NCBI GenBank assembly: GCA_964016885.1
Contig: OZ024740.1
Span: 411,680,001-411,744,000 of the forward strand
Origin: Eledone cirrhosa
Lineage: Eukaryota
Direction of reading: 5' to 3'
Length of the DNA stretch: 64,000 nt
The translations under genes and the position numbers were made by a program. How positions within the stretch are numbered: position 1 is the stretch's first letter; the number at the start of each line of letters is the position of its first letter. Below the pieces are notes generated by a model. It had not been told where the DNA came from, did no database searches, and worked only from the letters and a program-made list of their open reading frames with translations. Below are positions 39,800 through 53,570 of the stretch, one piece after another.

Positions 39800-42700
39800 A
39801 ATTTTCGTTGGAACACCAAGAAAGGCAGAGAGCACTCTATGGCTCCACTTCAGAGCGACGATCCCACACTAGTCCCAAGCTACTACAAACAAAGGCTAGT
39901 GAGAGTAAAGCTGACCCAGGTACCGCCTGCCATTACAATTCCCTGGTTGATGGCTGCCGTTCTCGCCAACATCGAATACATCACAAAAGTCATCAAGGTC
40001 TCGAAAATCAAACAAGAAAACTGCCCGGTTCTGGAATGGAGCTCCTGATCCAAGCGGACCATAAAAACATCTAGGGGATTCCAAAGATGATAGACCTCGA
40101 TGATGGTAGCCACCTCACCGTAATCGTCGAAGGTAGAAGGCCAAGGTGTGTCGTTTGTGGCGACGGAACACACCTAATGGCCTTCTGCCCTCAGAGGATG
40201 GCTAAACAATTAAGGCCACCTCTCCTGTCTACCAACTAGCTCAACCAACAAAAACAGCAGCAACAAACGGAAGTAACATCTGTAGCAGTAACGGTAGCAT
40301 GACCACCACCACCACCACCACCACCACCACCACAGCCTATCACGTCAGAATTAGCACTAGCGCCACCAACATCCACCACGCCATAACCAACACCAACGCC
40401 TGTGGAGGATATTCCACTCCCCGACCTCTCACAACTGGAGACAGATTGTGACGAGGAGGAGGGGTGGGAAACTGTATCTGTAAAAAAAAAAAAAAGAAAG
40501 AACACTCTTCCTTCGTCCTCCAGAAAAATAGAGGGCGAAAAAACCAAACACAAAATACAAGAAAGTTTGGACAGCTATTCCACCACCAACACCCACACCA
40601 GCATCACCAGCTCCATCGCCACAAACACAAACACCATCACCATCATTAACCCCAACACCACTATCATCAGCACCACAAAAAATATCAACAAGCGAAACTA
40701 AAAGAAACCGACAACAAACGCACAGAAAACAAAGCAACCAAACCGAGACACACTACACAGCATTAAACTTGAACAACAAGCAATTATTACACTACATCCA
40801 ACACAACACCAGCATCCCAGAGAAAAAACTGCACAACACCACAATAATTCACACCACCCACACAACAGATCACCCGTATCACACAGAAAGCATACACAAC
40901 ACTAACATTAAAATTCCCCTAGGACATCGAAGATTTACGGCAAACACTTTCCAGGAGGATATATAAAGACATCCTTCCCGAGAGGTCCACAAACAGTCAG
41001 AAGGCAAGAAAAACCATCCTTCCTCCACAGGAACTGATGTAAGTGGTCTTTTCCATCTTTTTCCACTCCTTTTCAACATAACCTTACTCAGAATAGGAAA
41101 CATAACTACACAGGGAATGGGGTCGTCATGGAAGCAGAATCACCTGCTCAACAACCTCAGGTCAATGAAGATAGATGTGCTGGCCATCACCGAGACCAGA
41201 ATTTCCGAGCACATAACTTCGCACTCTAGTTCGACGGTTACGGAATGTACGCATCTGCAAGCGTACTGGGATCGGTTGTGGAGTCGCTGTGTTGTTTCGG
41301 AGAGGCCTGGATCTCGTGATACGGACCATCTTCCTGCACCCAGAAGGTAAGTCGGTGATGCTGGTCGTGATCAACATTGAAGCCTATGCTTTTAGGGTAG
41401 TGGCTGTTTATGCCTAAACGGCAAGATGGCCTGATTCCTTCAGGTGACTGGAGACATTCCTAGGAATGTCTCACTTCTTGTTAGTGGGTGATCGGAACGG
41501 GATCTTGGATGCACGCTGGGATTGTGTGGGATTAGCGGATAGGGGAGGGTGTTATAGCCTTGCAAACCTGCTCAGAAGTTTCCAGCTGTCTGACAGTTAC
41601 CGACTGAATTTCCCGAATGTGCCAATGTGGACATGGAGAAACCGCATCGTATCATCCAAATCGTATCTAAATAGAGTATTTTGTAAGGAAGTAGATAGTT
41701 ATTGTCCACAGGTTCTCTACAATTCAAGATAGTCGACTAAACGGACCATAACTTCGTGATAGGCTTTATAGTCAGAGACCAGGCTACTGGAAGCTAAACG
41801 CGTCACTGACAACGCGCAAAGCCTTCAGAGAACCAAACACACAAACACATCGACGCGATCGGCACTACACTAAGAGCACGAGGCGGTGACAGGTCCAATG
41901 ATCAACCAGGAAAAGTCAGTGGGCTTGCAACTCGGCACCTGCAGAGGCAGGTCCATGCCGTCCAACAGCGACGTCGGGTGCTGGACGGACGGACCGGTTA
42001 AATTGCTAGGGCTCAGGTTAGACCCGGACCTCCAGACGGACAAAAGCTGGGACGAGGTAACAAGCGGGGTGGCCTCTCTCACCCAGAAATGGGCCGATAT
42101 GAGGCTATCCATGAAAGGTCAAGCAGAGTTGGTGAACGCGTACATCGTATCCGTCATCTGCTACCACCTGACCGTTGTGTCTTATCCTAAGCTTCGTGTG
42201 ACTGCTTTGAAGCGTTTGCTTTTTGCTTTTTGTGGAAGGGACGCGCTCCGATGTTCAGGGGGTCTGTTTGCTGTCAACACGGGCTACGTGAAGGCCTGGG
42301 CATGCCATGGCTGATGATTCGCAAGCATGCGCACAGGCTACAGCATATCCACCTCTTCCTCGACCGTGGTCAGGTGTGGTCGGTGTTTGCTAGACGCGTC
42401 TTTCCCCACCTCGCCTTCTTGTCAGAGCTGCAGTCCTGTGTAAAGCGAACACCAAGAGAGAGCGCTTGGTGATTGGAATGTCTTCAGGAGCACACAGCCC
42501 TCGACCAATCGGGTGATGCGATCGGTGTAAACTCCCCATTGGCGTTCTATAGAAGGTTAGTGTAGTGAAAGAGCGACGCCGTCCTTAGAGAGACTGGGTG
42601 TCGACGAAAATCAACTAGTCAATGCCTTTGGGAGAACCTTCGGGCCGGCGCCCATGGACAACTTCCAGAAATCCCTGGCCTGGAAGGTCTACCGGGGAGC

Positions 42701-43415
42701 TTTGCCAGTTCAGGATATACTCTACAGGCATGGAATCGCCGTGAGCAGGGCCTGTCGGAGATGAGTGCAGAGCCACAAAACCGTCCTGCACGCACTCGTC
42801 CAGTGTCCTAGCAGTGCAGACTTGTGGGTTTATGTCGAACACCTGCTGTCGCGTGTAGGACTGATCCGATTATCAGCTGAGTCCATCGTGAGGATTGCCT
42901 CGCCGCCTTCGTTTAGCCAGTAAGGGCAGGCAGTTTTATCTGCCTGTTGACCATGCCGAAATAGGTAGTGTGGTGGACGAGTTTCAAAGGGCTGAAGACG
43001 AGCACTTAACTTTTCGGTGATGCCCTGATTTACTTTTCATTTGAAAAGGAAAATCAGGATCGAGAGGGATGTGCTCGCTTCCCAGCAATTTGTTGACAGA
43101 TGGATGAGTGAGGAAAGCATGGCCCGAGTGAATGGGCCTGCTCTGAGCATGCGCCTGTAAATTAAAGGTGGAAAACTGGGAGAGGGCACTTGCCCTGGTC
43201 GTCAGGGTCACCGTGGCTCTTTTAATGGGCTTTCTCTACGGGTGACCCTCGGAAGCCCCCCACCCCATTGGAGCATTTTCCCTTGTTTATTTTTTTGTCA
43301 TTTCCTTTGTTTTGTTTGCTTCTTTACACGCAGAAATGAAGCGTCCTCTACCGTACTGTTCTTTACTTAATGTTATACTTTATGTCAACCCTCGTGGTCA
43401 ATAAAGAAAACATTA
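39800..43415 (+). mobile_element. Degenerate Tx1/L1-clade LINE with a large ORF2 deletion
   Basis: ORF1 remnant (VRVKLTQVPP, CCHC-like); APE remnant (LAITETRI, LVGDRNG, GYWKLNAS) jumps at ~41835 to the region after YADD; 3' UTR homologous to 62412-62668. Confidence 0.88.
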
Positions 43416-46101
43416 TGAAGGCTGCATTGTCAGAGCTAGAGTGCGTGCTCTAAGACACGAGGGGACGAAAGCCGTTCAATGGGCCCGGGTAGTGGAGGCG
43501 CGACGTGTCAACAAGTTCACAATTCGGTCTTTGCCTGATCAAAACGGGCGCATGTTGCTCGAAACCGAGCAGATATGGGCGGGTTTTCAACAGCACTTTG
43601 CTCGATTGTTCGGGAGCGGCGGGCCGGATCGGAGTATGGACTTCGGTACATACTTCGACTGATTGCTGCGGCTCTTGACGACCGCAGCGCAGTGCTGCGA
43701 AAGGCCGATAACAGCCAATGAAATACGGGAAGCGATGTCTGACTGCACAAGGTGTAAATCGCCAGGTTTGGATGTCCTACCCTACGAGCTTTATGCGTAT
43801 ATGCCAGACTTGTTCGGCGACCTCTTGGCAGATGTCTACTGCAACTGGCAGCAAAACGGGAGCATTCCCAGTTTTGTGAGCCGGGGAGCGGTGGTGCTGC
43901 TGAGAAAACACCCGAAGAAGGGGGACGTTATAGACAACTTCAGGCCCATAACTCTGCTAGACGCAGGGTTTAAGATTTTGGCCAAGGTGTTAGCAAAGAG
44001 ATTGGCGCTTGTCGTCGGTGATATGGTGGGAGAGACACAAACATGCGCCATTCCGAACAGATCAATCCACGACAATCTCCATCTCATGCGATACATCATG
44101 GAGAGGGTGGTTAAGGAACCTCGTACGTGTGGGATGCTGATCAACTTGGATCAATCTAAAGCATTTGATAGGGTCGACCATCGGTACCTGGCTGCGGTCC
44201 TCGAAGCGGCCGGCTTCGGGCCCGTTTTTAGGGCTGGATCGCTGCGATGCACAGCGACATGTGATCGATTGTAAGGATTAATGGTCACATGTCGCAGCTT
44301 TTCAGCATCATGCGCTCGGTCCGCCAAGTTGCCCCATCTCGTCCCTCTTGTACGTACTGGCCCTCGAGCCGTTACTTCACAAATTGGAGACGATGAGGAG
44401 GATCCCACGCGAACTGGGATTCGGGAGATACCTGTCGGCTTACTCCTACGACGTCACCGTGGTAGTGTCGAGCAGCAAACACGTCCAGATTCTCGGCACC
44501 GCTCTCAAGGAATACGAAGCGGTGATAGGAGCAAAGATAAACCAGGAAAAGTCGGTGGGCTTGCAACTCGGCACCTGGAGAAGCAAGTCCATGCCATCCC
44601 ACAACGTTGTGGGGCACTGGACGGAAGGACCGGTTAAATTGCTCGGGGTCTGGTTCGGTTTCGGACCTCCAGATGGAGGAAAGCTGGAGCGAGGTGACGA
44701 GCAGGGCGGACTCTCTCACCCAGAAATGGGCCGAGAGGAGGCTTTCTCTGAAAGGTTGGGCGGGGGTGACGAATGCGTACTTAGCGTCCGTCATCTGCTA
44801 CCACCTGAGCATTGTACCTTTCCCCCGCCCAACTCTGACCAAAATGGAGCGCTTTCTCTTCCGCTTTTTGTGGAAGGGAGTGCTCCCATGGTCAGACGTT
44901 CCATTTGCTGTCAACACCCGTTGCGTGGAGGACTAGGCATGCCATGGCTGATGATGCGCAAACATGCGTGGAGGCTGCGACATCTCTGGTGCGTCCTTGA
45001 CGGTGAACTTGTGTGGTCGCCGTTTGCCAGATGCGCTTTTCCCCAGCTTGTCTCCTTGATGGAGCTGCAGTCCTGGATCATGAAAAGACCGAGGGATAGC
45101 GCTTGGAATCTGGAATGTCTCCAAGCGCTCACCGCCCTCTACCAGCTGGGCACTACTATTGGTGGAACGTCAACCTCGGCGTTCTATAGAGGGCTAGTGG
45201 AGGGAAAGAGCGACGATGTTCTCGGGGCCACTGTGGGCGTCGAAGACGATCAGCTATTCGCTCTCTTCAAGACAACTTTCAGACCGGGGACTATGGACAA
45301 CTTCCAGAAATCCCTGGCCTGGCAGTGCTACCGGGGAGCGTTGCCGGTTCGGGGTAAGCTCTACAGGCACGGAGGTGCTGTCAAACCGAGCCTGTCCAAG
45401 ATGCGCGCAGGAAGACAAAACCGTGCTGCACGCACTCGTTCCGTGCCCGAGGATTGCTGACTTGTGGAGCTATGTCGAACAGCTGCTGTCGCGTGTATGA
45501 CGGATCCGGTTATCGACTGACTCCATTGTGCAGATAGCCCGGCATCCTCCTTTAGATAGGAGGAAGGGTAGGCAGTGTTCATCTGCCTGTTGGCCATGCC
45601 GAAAGAGATTGTGTGGTGGACAAGATTGAAAGGGTTGAAGATGGACACTTTACTCTTCGGCCAATCCCTGATTAACTTTTTCAAGTTTCACTTGAAGAGG
45701 AAAATCATGGAGAGGCAAGTGCTGTCTTCTAGTAAGTTTCTTGAAAGGTGGGTGAAAGTGGCGAGTCTGGTCCGAGTGAAGGGGCCCGCTCTGAGTATGC
45801 GCCTGTAGACTGAGGAGTGGGAAAACTGAGAAAGGGCGCTTGCCATGGTGGTCAGTGTGACCGTGGTCTTTTGTGTGGTTTTCGTCACGAGTGACCCTCG
45901 GAAATTCACCGCTATTGGGGAATCTTTTGTTGCTTGATTTTTTTTGATATTTCTATCTTCTTGTTATAACCCTTTTTACACGGCCCAGACCCACTTTGTA
46001 TGGTCCTGTACCGTTCTGTGCCGTCTGTAATGTTTTTCTTCATGTCAGCCCTTGTGGCCAATAAAGAAACCATTAAAGAATCCATTATTATTATTATTAT
46101 T
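43416..46101 (+). mobile_element. 5'-truncated Tx1/L1-clade LINE (related subfamily)
   Basis: KSPGLDVLPYE, NFRPITLL, LDQSKAFDRVDH, AYSYDVT (decayed YADD), CPRC...H...C; AATAAA and (ATT)n tail. Confidence 0.92.
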
Positions 46102-49100
46102 ACAGTTGCATTTATCTTGCTTTATGTTCATACGAGTTATCACCGAGTCACAACCAGTGATCTCAAGAGACAACAAGGTCCGCCATGTTCAAAAAAGAAC
46201 ATACATACACACACATGCATCTTTAGGTGTTTAGACCTGTGATGTACTTATATTGACAGAATCTTCCTTAGTATATGGGCAGTTCCCATTAGTACTATCT
46301 TTTGTATTTCTCCCATACGCGGGTTTCCTGGAATTTGCGATAAGTAATCATTAGACCCCTTAGGTATCATTGCTAGAGCGCCTACAGCCACTGGTATTGT
46401 TTTAGTTCTCAATTTCCACATTTTTTCCAATTTCTATCTCCAGGTCCTTATACTTGCTCAATTTTTCAAATGTTTTTATAGATACATCCTTGTCTATTGG
46501 AACAGACATATCAATTAGCAAGCATACCCTCTTTTTAAAGTCCTTCTGTATTATATCAGGTATATTTGCATCTATTTTTCGGTCTGTTTGCATGCTAAAG
46601 TTCCACAAGATTGAGATGTGATCTTTTTCAAGTATGGGAGGTGGTTGATATTCCAATCAATTCTTTTGATTGGGCAGGTCAAAATGCTTCCACATTATCC
46701 AATGTATGTATTGTGCAGCTCTGTCATGCCTGTTTAGGTATTCGGTTGGAGCTATAGGACTGCACATTGAAATTATATGATCAATGGGATCTGGTTGTTT
46801 TTTACATACACGGCATAATGGGTTGCATCCATTTTTTATTATGTTGGCTTGGTAATATTTTGTTGGCAGACACTGATCTTGTGCTGATATAATCAGTCCC
46901 TCAGTCTCCGATTTCAGTCCAGAGGATGCAAAACACTGATGGGTTAAAGTTTCGTCAACATCAGGATTGTTAGCTCTTTCTGGTTATTTCCATACAGAGA
47001 CTTTTCTTGCCATTTCTTAACCAGTTTCTGTAGCAGTTCTTTCTTTGCAGTTACTTTTACCTGCTTTGCTTTTTCTGTGTTTTCCATTTCAGCAGTAAAT
47101 GGGACTTCTGAAATTTGTAGTCCATTACTGTATCTGTGTGCATCTTTTGTAATGGAATATGATCTTTTGATGCTTTCGTGTTTCAAAAGAGTTTGATCAT
47201 CCCATCATGTGATTCCCTTAGATATGTAGATAATCCAAGTGTTGCAGTTTTCAAAGCAGTATCTACCTGGATTAACACACGTCCTACTTCTTTCCTAGGG
47301 AGATATATTCTATCTGTATCTGTCTTAGGGTGATGCATTCTGTGCATGGTTAAGAATTTCCTAATTTTTGTATCGAGCCTACGGATCTCTGTGCTTAACC
47401 AGTTGATGACATTGTAACTGTAGCTTACTACTGGTATGGCAAGCGTGTTATTCCTTCCTTATCCTTTCCCTCATTGTCGAGTGCTTGATTCCGTCTCCTT
47501 CACAAACACCTAGATATTTGTAAGTTTCCTCTTGATCAAGTTCTCTTATCACATTCCCCCGCTCAAGATTAATGTCTGAGCCTTTCAGCAGCTTTCCTCT
47601 GGTGAACGTTGCTTGGGCGCATTTATCTAGTCCAAACTCCATTTTAATGTCATCACTGAACTGTTCCACAGTGGATAATAGCCCTTGCAATTGTTCATCA
47701 TATTTTGCAAATAGTTTCAGGTCATCCATGTAGAACAAATGATTAATGGTTTTGTCATAGACTTTATATCCATGTTTTGTTTAAAGTCTCCCTGAAAAAT
47801 TCCACAATTAATATTAACTTCTCCAGCTTCCAGTGATTTTGTTTCACTATTCAAAAGGAGTGTCGTTTTCCATGTCTTCATACTGAATGACAGGAACCTC
47901 TGACAACGGGAGATATTTTGAAAATCACTAAACATTTTTCAATCCAACTGTGTGCCAAACTATTGAATGCTTTTTTGTAATCTATCCAAGCAATTGATAG
48001 ATTTTTGTCTATTATGACAGTCTTCCAGTATCATTTTGTTAACCAAAAGCTGATCCTTACCGCCATATGAGCCTCGTTTACACCCTTTCTGCTCATTGGG
48101 AAATAGATCATTTGTTATCAGGTGATCATATGTATATTCAGTTAGGACAGATGTTAAAATTTTATACATTGTGGTCAAGCAAGTTATCGGTCTGTAATTT
48201 TTGGGATTGTTTGTCTCATCATTCTTCGGAAGCAGGAATGTAATGCCGTTTAGTAGCCATGATGGTATATTTTCTGGCTCCTAAACAATTTCATTGTTAA
48301 GTTGGGCCAACAGCTCATGAGACTCTGTGAAAGCATTTATATTTTGGTATTTTGGTATTTTGTCTTTTCCTAGTTTTTCTAAGAGTCAAACGCAACTGTT
48401 CAACTGTTATATTTTCCCTTATTTGTTCCTCAAGGTGAGCTGTATCTTTCATTTGTCTGTCTTACCATGGGGCATGTATATTATGAACTTTTTCTTCGGC
48501 CCAGATCTTTTCCCAGAATTCTTGCACTTCCTCCTTGGGTAGTATTGATTTAGCAGTTATTGTTGACTTGCCAATTTTTCTGTAGAAGTTTCTTTGGTTG
48601 ATTTTGAACATATTATTGTCTTTATAGAATCTAGATCGTTTTTCAAAGCGCCTTATACGAGCAGCTTTGGCCGACACTTTTTGCTTGATTATTTCTATCA
48701 GCATGTCTATGTCACATGTTGATTTTATACTGTATTTTCTTTTCAATTTTAGTTTAGTTTGTTTAACATGTTCACCTACTTTGTAGTTTGTTAACATTTC
48801 TATGTCAGATCGGAGGAGGTTTATTTGGCGATTGATGTTCTCTTGCCAAGTAGATTTCTTGTGGGAATTCTTTTGTTTTTTCATTTTCACTCCACATAAG
48901 TAAGTGGTGACTTTAGCCGATGCATAATAGAGATGATTTAAATCAGTAATGTTTAGTTTGTTGGTGATGATAATGTTTTTGAGAATTATGTTAGAATTAT
49001 GTTAGAATTATGTATTATCTTTTGGTTCTGTTTGGAGTTCTGGATCTTAGGGAGAGTGTCTCGTTCCCCCATGTTAGATTCTTTCATTTTCATCCATTCG

Positions 49101-49945
49101 ATGATAATTTCATCCTTCAAGTTGGCAAGTTCATTCTCATTCATTTCTTTATCATTTACGATCTCATTGTTTTCATTTTGAGTTTGATCATGAGCATGCA
49201 CTTCCTCCACTTTTTCAATCCTTTTTTAATTTGTTCTGCTGACTAGGCCCCAACCCTGGGATTCGAAGTGTTACAATTTACCTCGTTTTCACTGACACAT
49301 GTTTTATTTTCCCTTCGCTGACTTTGTGGTAATAGCTTGATCTGATGAATTTCTATATCAGTTAGTAACATTTTTTAATCAATATTTCTTCGTGTATGGC
49401 TAGTTTGTTACTGTCAATATAGCCTCTGTTTTCGGGATGTTTCCTTTTCCAGTTTATATATGTCTGTTCTGTATTCGATCTATTTGATGGGTAGTACATG
49501 GCAGTGTAGAAAGCCTCAAGAACTTCTTTATTGTCTTCCCTTGACCATTTTCCTCTCTTTTTCTTTGGATTTCTTGGTGGTGAGCATGGAGGGCCAACAG
49601 TAGGAGTATTCCGGTTATGGGAGGTCTCCCACTCCGAAGTGATGGGAAGGTTAGAACCATTAGCTGATTTTTCGACCCCAGTCTGGTTCCTCTCTGAGGG
49701 ACGCGGCCCTTTTTGACCCGGGTGACGGCCGATCCGGTATGAGATTTTATCATTTGACATTTACTTTATTTTGTCGCGTTTTATCCTTAACCGCCAAGGG
49801 GTAAACATTTCGTGTTACCACTTCTAGGACGAGTGTCAACCAAGACTAGAGGGGGCGTCCTCCCCTAGAGACACGGCTATTCCCCGCCGGCCGCCATTCC
49901 GGTATTTCTTGGTCACGGGATTTTCTTTTTTGCTGTTTTTTTAAA
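46085..49945 (-). mobile_element. R4/Dong-clade non-LTR retrotransposon (D1), degenerate, near full-length
   Basis: Myb-like RGKWSREDNKEVLEAFY; NYRPITCL; GIFQGD; FYMDDLKLF; CRVC...DHIISMC; RLE PDII...LLIDMSVP...EKLSKYKDL; (TAA)n tail. Confidence 0.92.
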
Positions 49946-50115
49946 TTATTATTATCATGAGTGGTTCCTTAATGTGAACATTGCGTGGCTTAAGAATGAA
50001 ATTATTATTAATAATGTAATATACTTTTTGTTGAAGTTGCCTGTTATTGTTGTTGGCTATGTTGGTGGTGGTGCTGGTGCATTTTCTATTGTTGGTGGGG
50101 AAGGGGAGAGCCTTA

Positions 50116-50117
<2 letters not shown>

Positions 50118-50195
<78 letters not shown>

Positions 50196-53100
50196 GTTGT
50201 TATTCCTTGAATCTCAGTCATTGATGTTGGTTAACTGGAAAGTCCGTTGGAAGGAATATCAAGCCAGTACCTGCAGCCTCAGATATTCAGGACGTATCGG
50301 AGGGTTCTTGCTGTTCCCAGCAAGCATGCCTTTTGAAGCGTTCCAAAAAGCGTGAAGGGGAAGATTTTCTTTAATCATCCCTGGAAACTTTTGGAGATAG
50401 TCCCCAGTGCGCCTACGACAATCGGGATCACTTTGACTTCATGGCAGTTCCAAATCCTTTTCACCTCCCACTTTAGGTCCTGGTATCGGTTAATTTTCTC
50501 CCTCTCCTTCTCTTGCACTCTCGTGTCGAAAGGGCAGGCCACATCCACAATCAGACACGATCTTTTTTCTTTGTCCACAACCACCAGGTCAGGTCTATTG
50601 TGTTCCAGTTTTTTGTCCGTCTGTATCCTAAAATCCCACAGCACCTTCACCTGATTGTTCTCCATCACCGCCTCTGGCCTATGCTCATACCATTTCTCAT
50701 TCCTTCTGTAGCCTTTTTGAGGTCTCCTCTTCTCAACCAGTTCCATGTCTGTGGATCTCTAAATTCAGTTTTCTCAAAGAAGGTACTATGAAGGGATTTT
50801 CCCTTAAGGCTGCTCTTCCTCCTTGATGTTATTTCCTCCTTGGACATCCCCTGGCCTACTGTCCCCTCCTTCAGTACAGTTCTGAGCATTGGCTCCTTAC
50901 TATAGGTCACGTATTTGTATAGGTTGTTTTTCTCCATCTGAACACAGTCCTCTATGCTGATAAGACCTCTTCCACCCTCAGATCTCCTTAGGTAGAGTCT
51001 ATCGACATCACTCCTCTTGTGGAACATGTTGTAGATAGTCAATAGCTTCCTAGTCTTCCTATCCATTTCTTTTTGTTCAGCAACATTCCATCTCAGAATT
51101 CCCGCACTGTACCTAATAATAGACACAGCTCGGGAATTTACTGCGCTTATGGCATTTCTGCTGTTCAGATGTGACTTCAATACGCTCCTTACTCTCCGAA
51201 TGTATTCAGTTCTTAACAATTCCTTCATTTTTTTGTTCTTTATGCCATCAGCCTCCAGAACGCCCAAATACTTGTATCCTTCCTCAGAGTCAATTTCCTT
51301 TATCATCTCACCTGTTGGTATCTGGATCCCGTTACTTCTGCTCAACCTACTCCTCCTCATCACAATGACTCCACATTTACTAATACCAAACTGCATACAT
51401 ATATCACTGCTGAAAATACGGACAGTGTCAACAAGCACATCCAACTCCTTCTCACTTTTCCCGACGAGCTTAAGATCGTCCATGAAGAGGAGGTGATTGA
51501 TGGTAAGCCCTCCCTTTCCTAACCTGTATCCTGCTCTCACTTTTCGCAGTATACTGGTCAGGGGCATCAGGGCAAGGACAAACAACAGAGGGGACAGACT
51601 ATCTCCCTGAAAGATACCTCTCTTGATCTTCACGCTTCCCAAGGATTCTCCAGTTGATGTTAACTCTATTTCCCAGGACTTCATACTTTTGCCCAACAAC
51701 TGTCTGATGTTATCTGCCACCTTGAAGATCTCCAGGCTTTTGGTGATCCAAGAATGAGGCACCATGTCAAATGCCTTTTTGTAGTCTATCCATCCCATGG
51801 CAAGACCAATGTGTCTCCTCTTGCAATTCCTCATTACTATCTTATCAATAAGTAACGGGTCCTTTGTACCACATGACTTCTTTCGGCATACTTTCTGTTC
51901 GTCCGGTAACAAGTTGTTTGTGTGGAGGTGATGGTAGATTTCCTCAGACATAATGCTCGTCAACAGTTTCCACATTACGGACAGACATGTGATAGGTCTA
52001 TAGTTGGTAACATCATTACCCTTGATTCGGTCTTTCATTATCAGAACTGTGGTACCTTTTGTCAACCACTCTGGTACCTCACCTGACATCAAGCAGTCAT
52101 TGAACATGGTTGTCAGTTTAGGGTGGAGGGATGTTATATTTTTAATCCAATAACCCTGCACACCATCTGGGCCTGGTGATTTCCAGTTGGTTAGTTTATT
52201 GGCCTGCCCCTTAACAGTTTCAACTGTGATACTCAAATCAGTTTGTTGGTGTGCCTGTTCACTAATCTCCTTCTGTACTCTCTCAATCCACACTGCCTGG
52301 TCATTATATTTAACATCCTGCTCCCATATTCCTCTCCAGAATGTTTTAGTTTGTTCCGCCTCAGGCATCAAGTCGTTGCCTCTTTCTTTCCCTTCAAGCT
52401 GTCCAAACAGCATCTTCTGGTTGTTGTCGAACATGCGGTTCTGTCTATACTGGCTGACTCTGTTCTCGTATCGCCTGATTTTTGCACTCTTTGCTACAAT
52501 GCGTTGCTTCAGTTCCTCTATGATAATATTTAGCTTTTTCCTCCTAGTTTTGTACTTTATTTCCAGTCTATTTTTAGTGTCCCATTCAGTAGGGACTCAA
52601 GATTTCCAATGTCATTTCTCATTTCCCTGATTTGACCACTCAGTCGTTTCCCTCCACCAAGGCTCTGCTCTTTCTTGTCTGTTGTTTCCTCTCGCTTTTA
52701 TACCAAGTAGTTTCCTCACCGTATTTGCTGTTGCTTTGAGGATATTGTTGCACTGGTGAAGGCTCCTCGCCTCAAGGTATGGGATGACTTTGTTTACCTT
52801 AGCTGTTGTTTCTTTTAACTTTTTCCTGTCTACAAATCTTAGGTTCATAGGTCCGCCACTATCATTGTTCAATTCATCTACCACTAAGTTTAGGATATCA
52901 ACCAAATCTTGTCCTAGCCCATCAGCATTCATCTCCTCAGTGGCCGTATCTCTGTTCCAGGTATTATTTATCTCAGCATTCAGATCATTGTCTGCTTCGG
53001 GTGGTTCCTCCGTTCTCTCGACCTCTTCACCTTAATTTCCCACTGGCTCGTTTGCCTGGCATACTCCACTCTCCATCTCCAAGCTAATCTCAGTTCCTCC

Positions 53101-53570
53101 AGTTCCAGCTCGCTTATCCACCCATTAGTTCTTATTACCCGAGCCTGCCCGGCCACTTTTTGTTCATCTAATTTAAATAGACCAATCTCGTTCCAGATGT
53201 TATGCATCCGTTTCCTATAGCCTTTCTCCTTGGGGTTACTCTTCAGGTAACATTGCATAACAGTTCTATTCAATTCTTTCGTCCAGTTGGTTCTGGTCCC
53301 CTTCCTTCTTCTTCTTCCTCCTCCGACACCAGCAGTATTTGGTTGACAGTCAGGTCCCCGCTGCTGAGCCAGGGAGCACCTGTTTGGTGAGAGTCTGTCA
53401 CATGACATTCTAGTCTCCATATCACCGTTATTTGAACTGTTTAGGTTCGACATTTAAACACTCTTATCGAGGATTGGCGAATGTATGGTTACATAACCAC
53501 CGGTGAATTCATCGTCTCCGGTGGTTCCGTCACTCCACGTGATTTTTGTGTGGCATTATCACGCTGCAGA
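50118..53570 (-). mobile_element. R4/Dong-clade element (D2), near full-length, zinc knuckle deleted
   Basis: WTKELNRTVMQCY; 589-aa RT ORF 50665-52434 ([32 protein letters not shown]); RLE RPDLVVVDK...IVDVACPFD...EK; long (TAA)n at 50118-50200. Confidence 0.95.
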
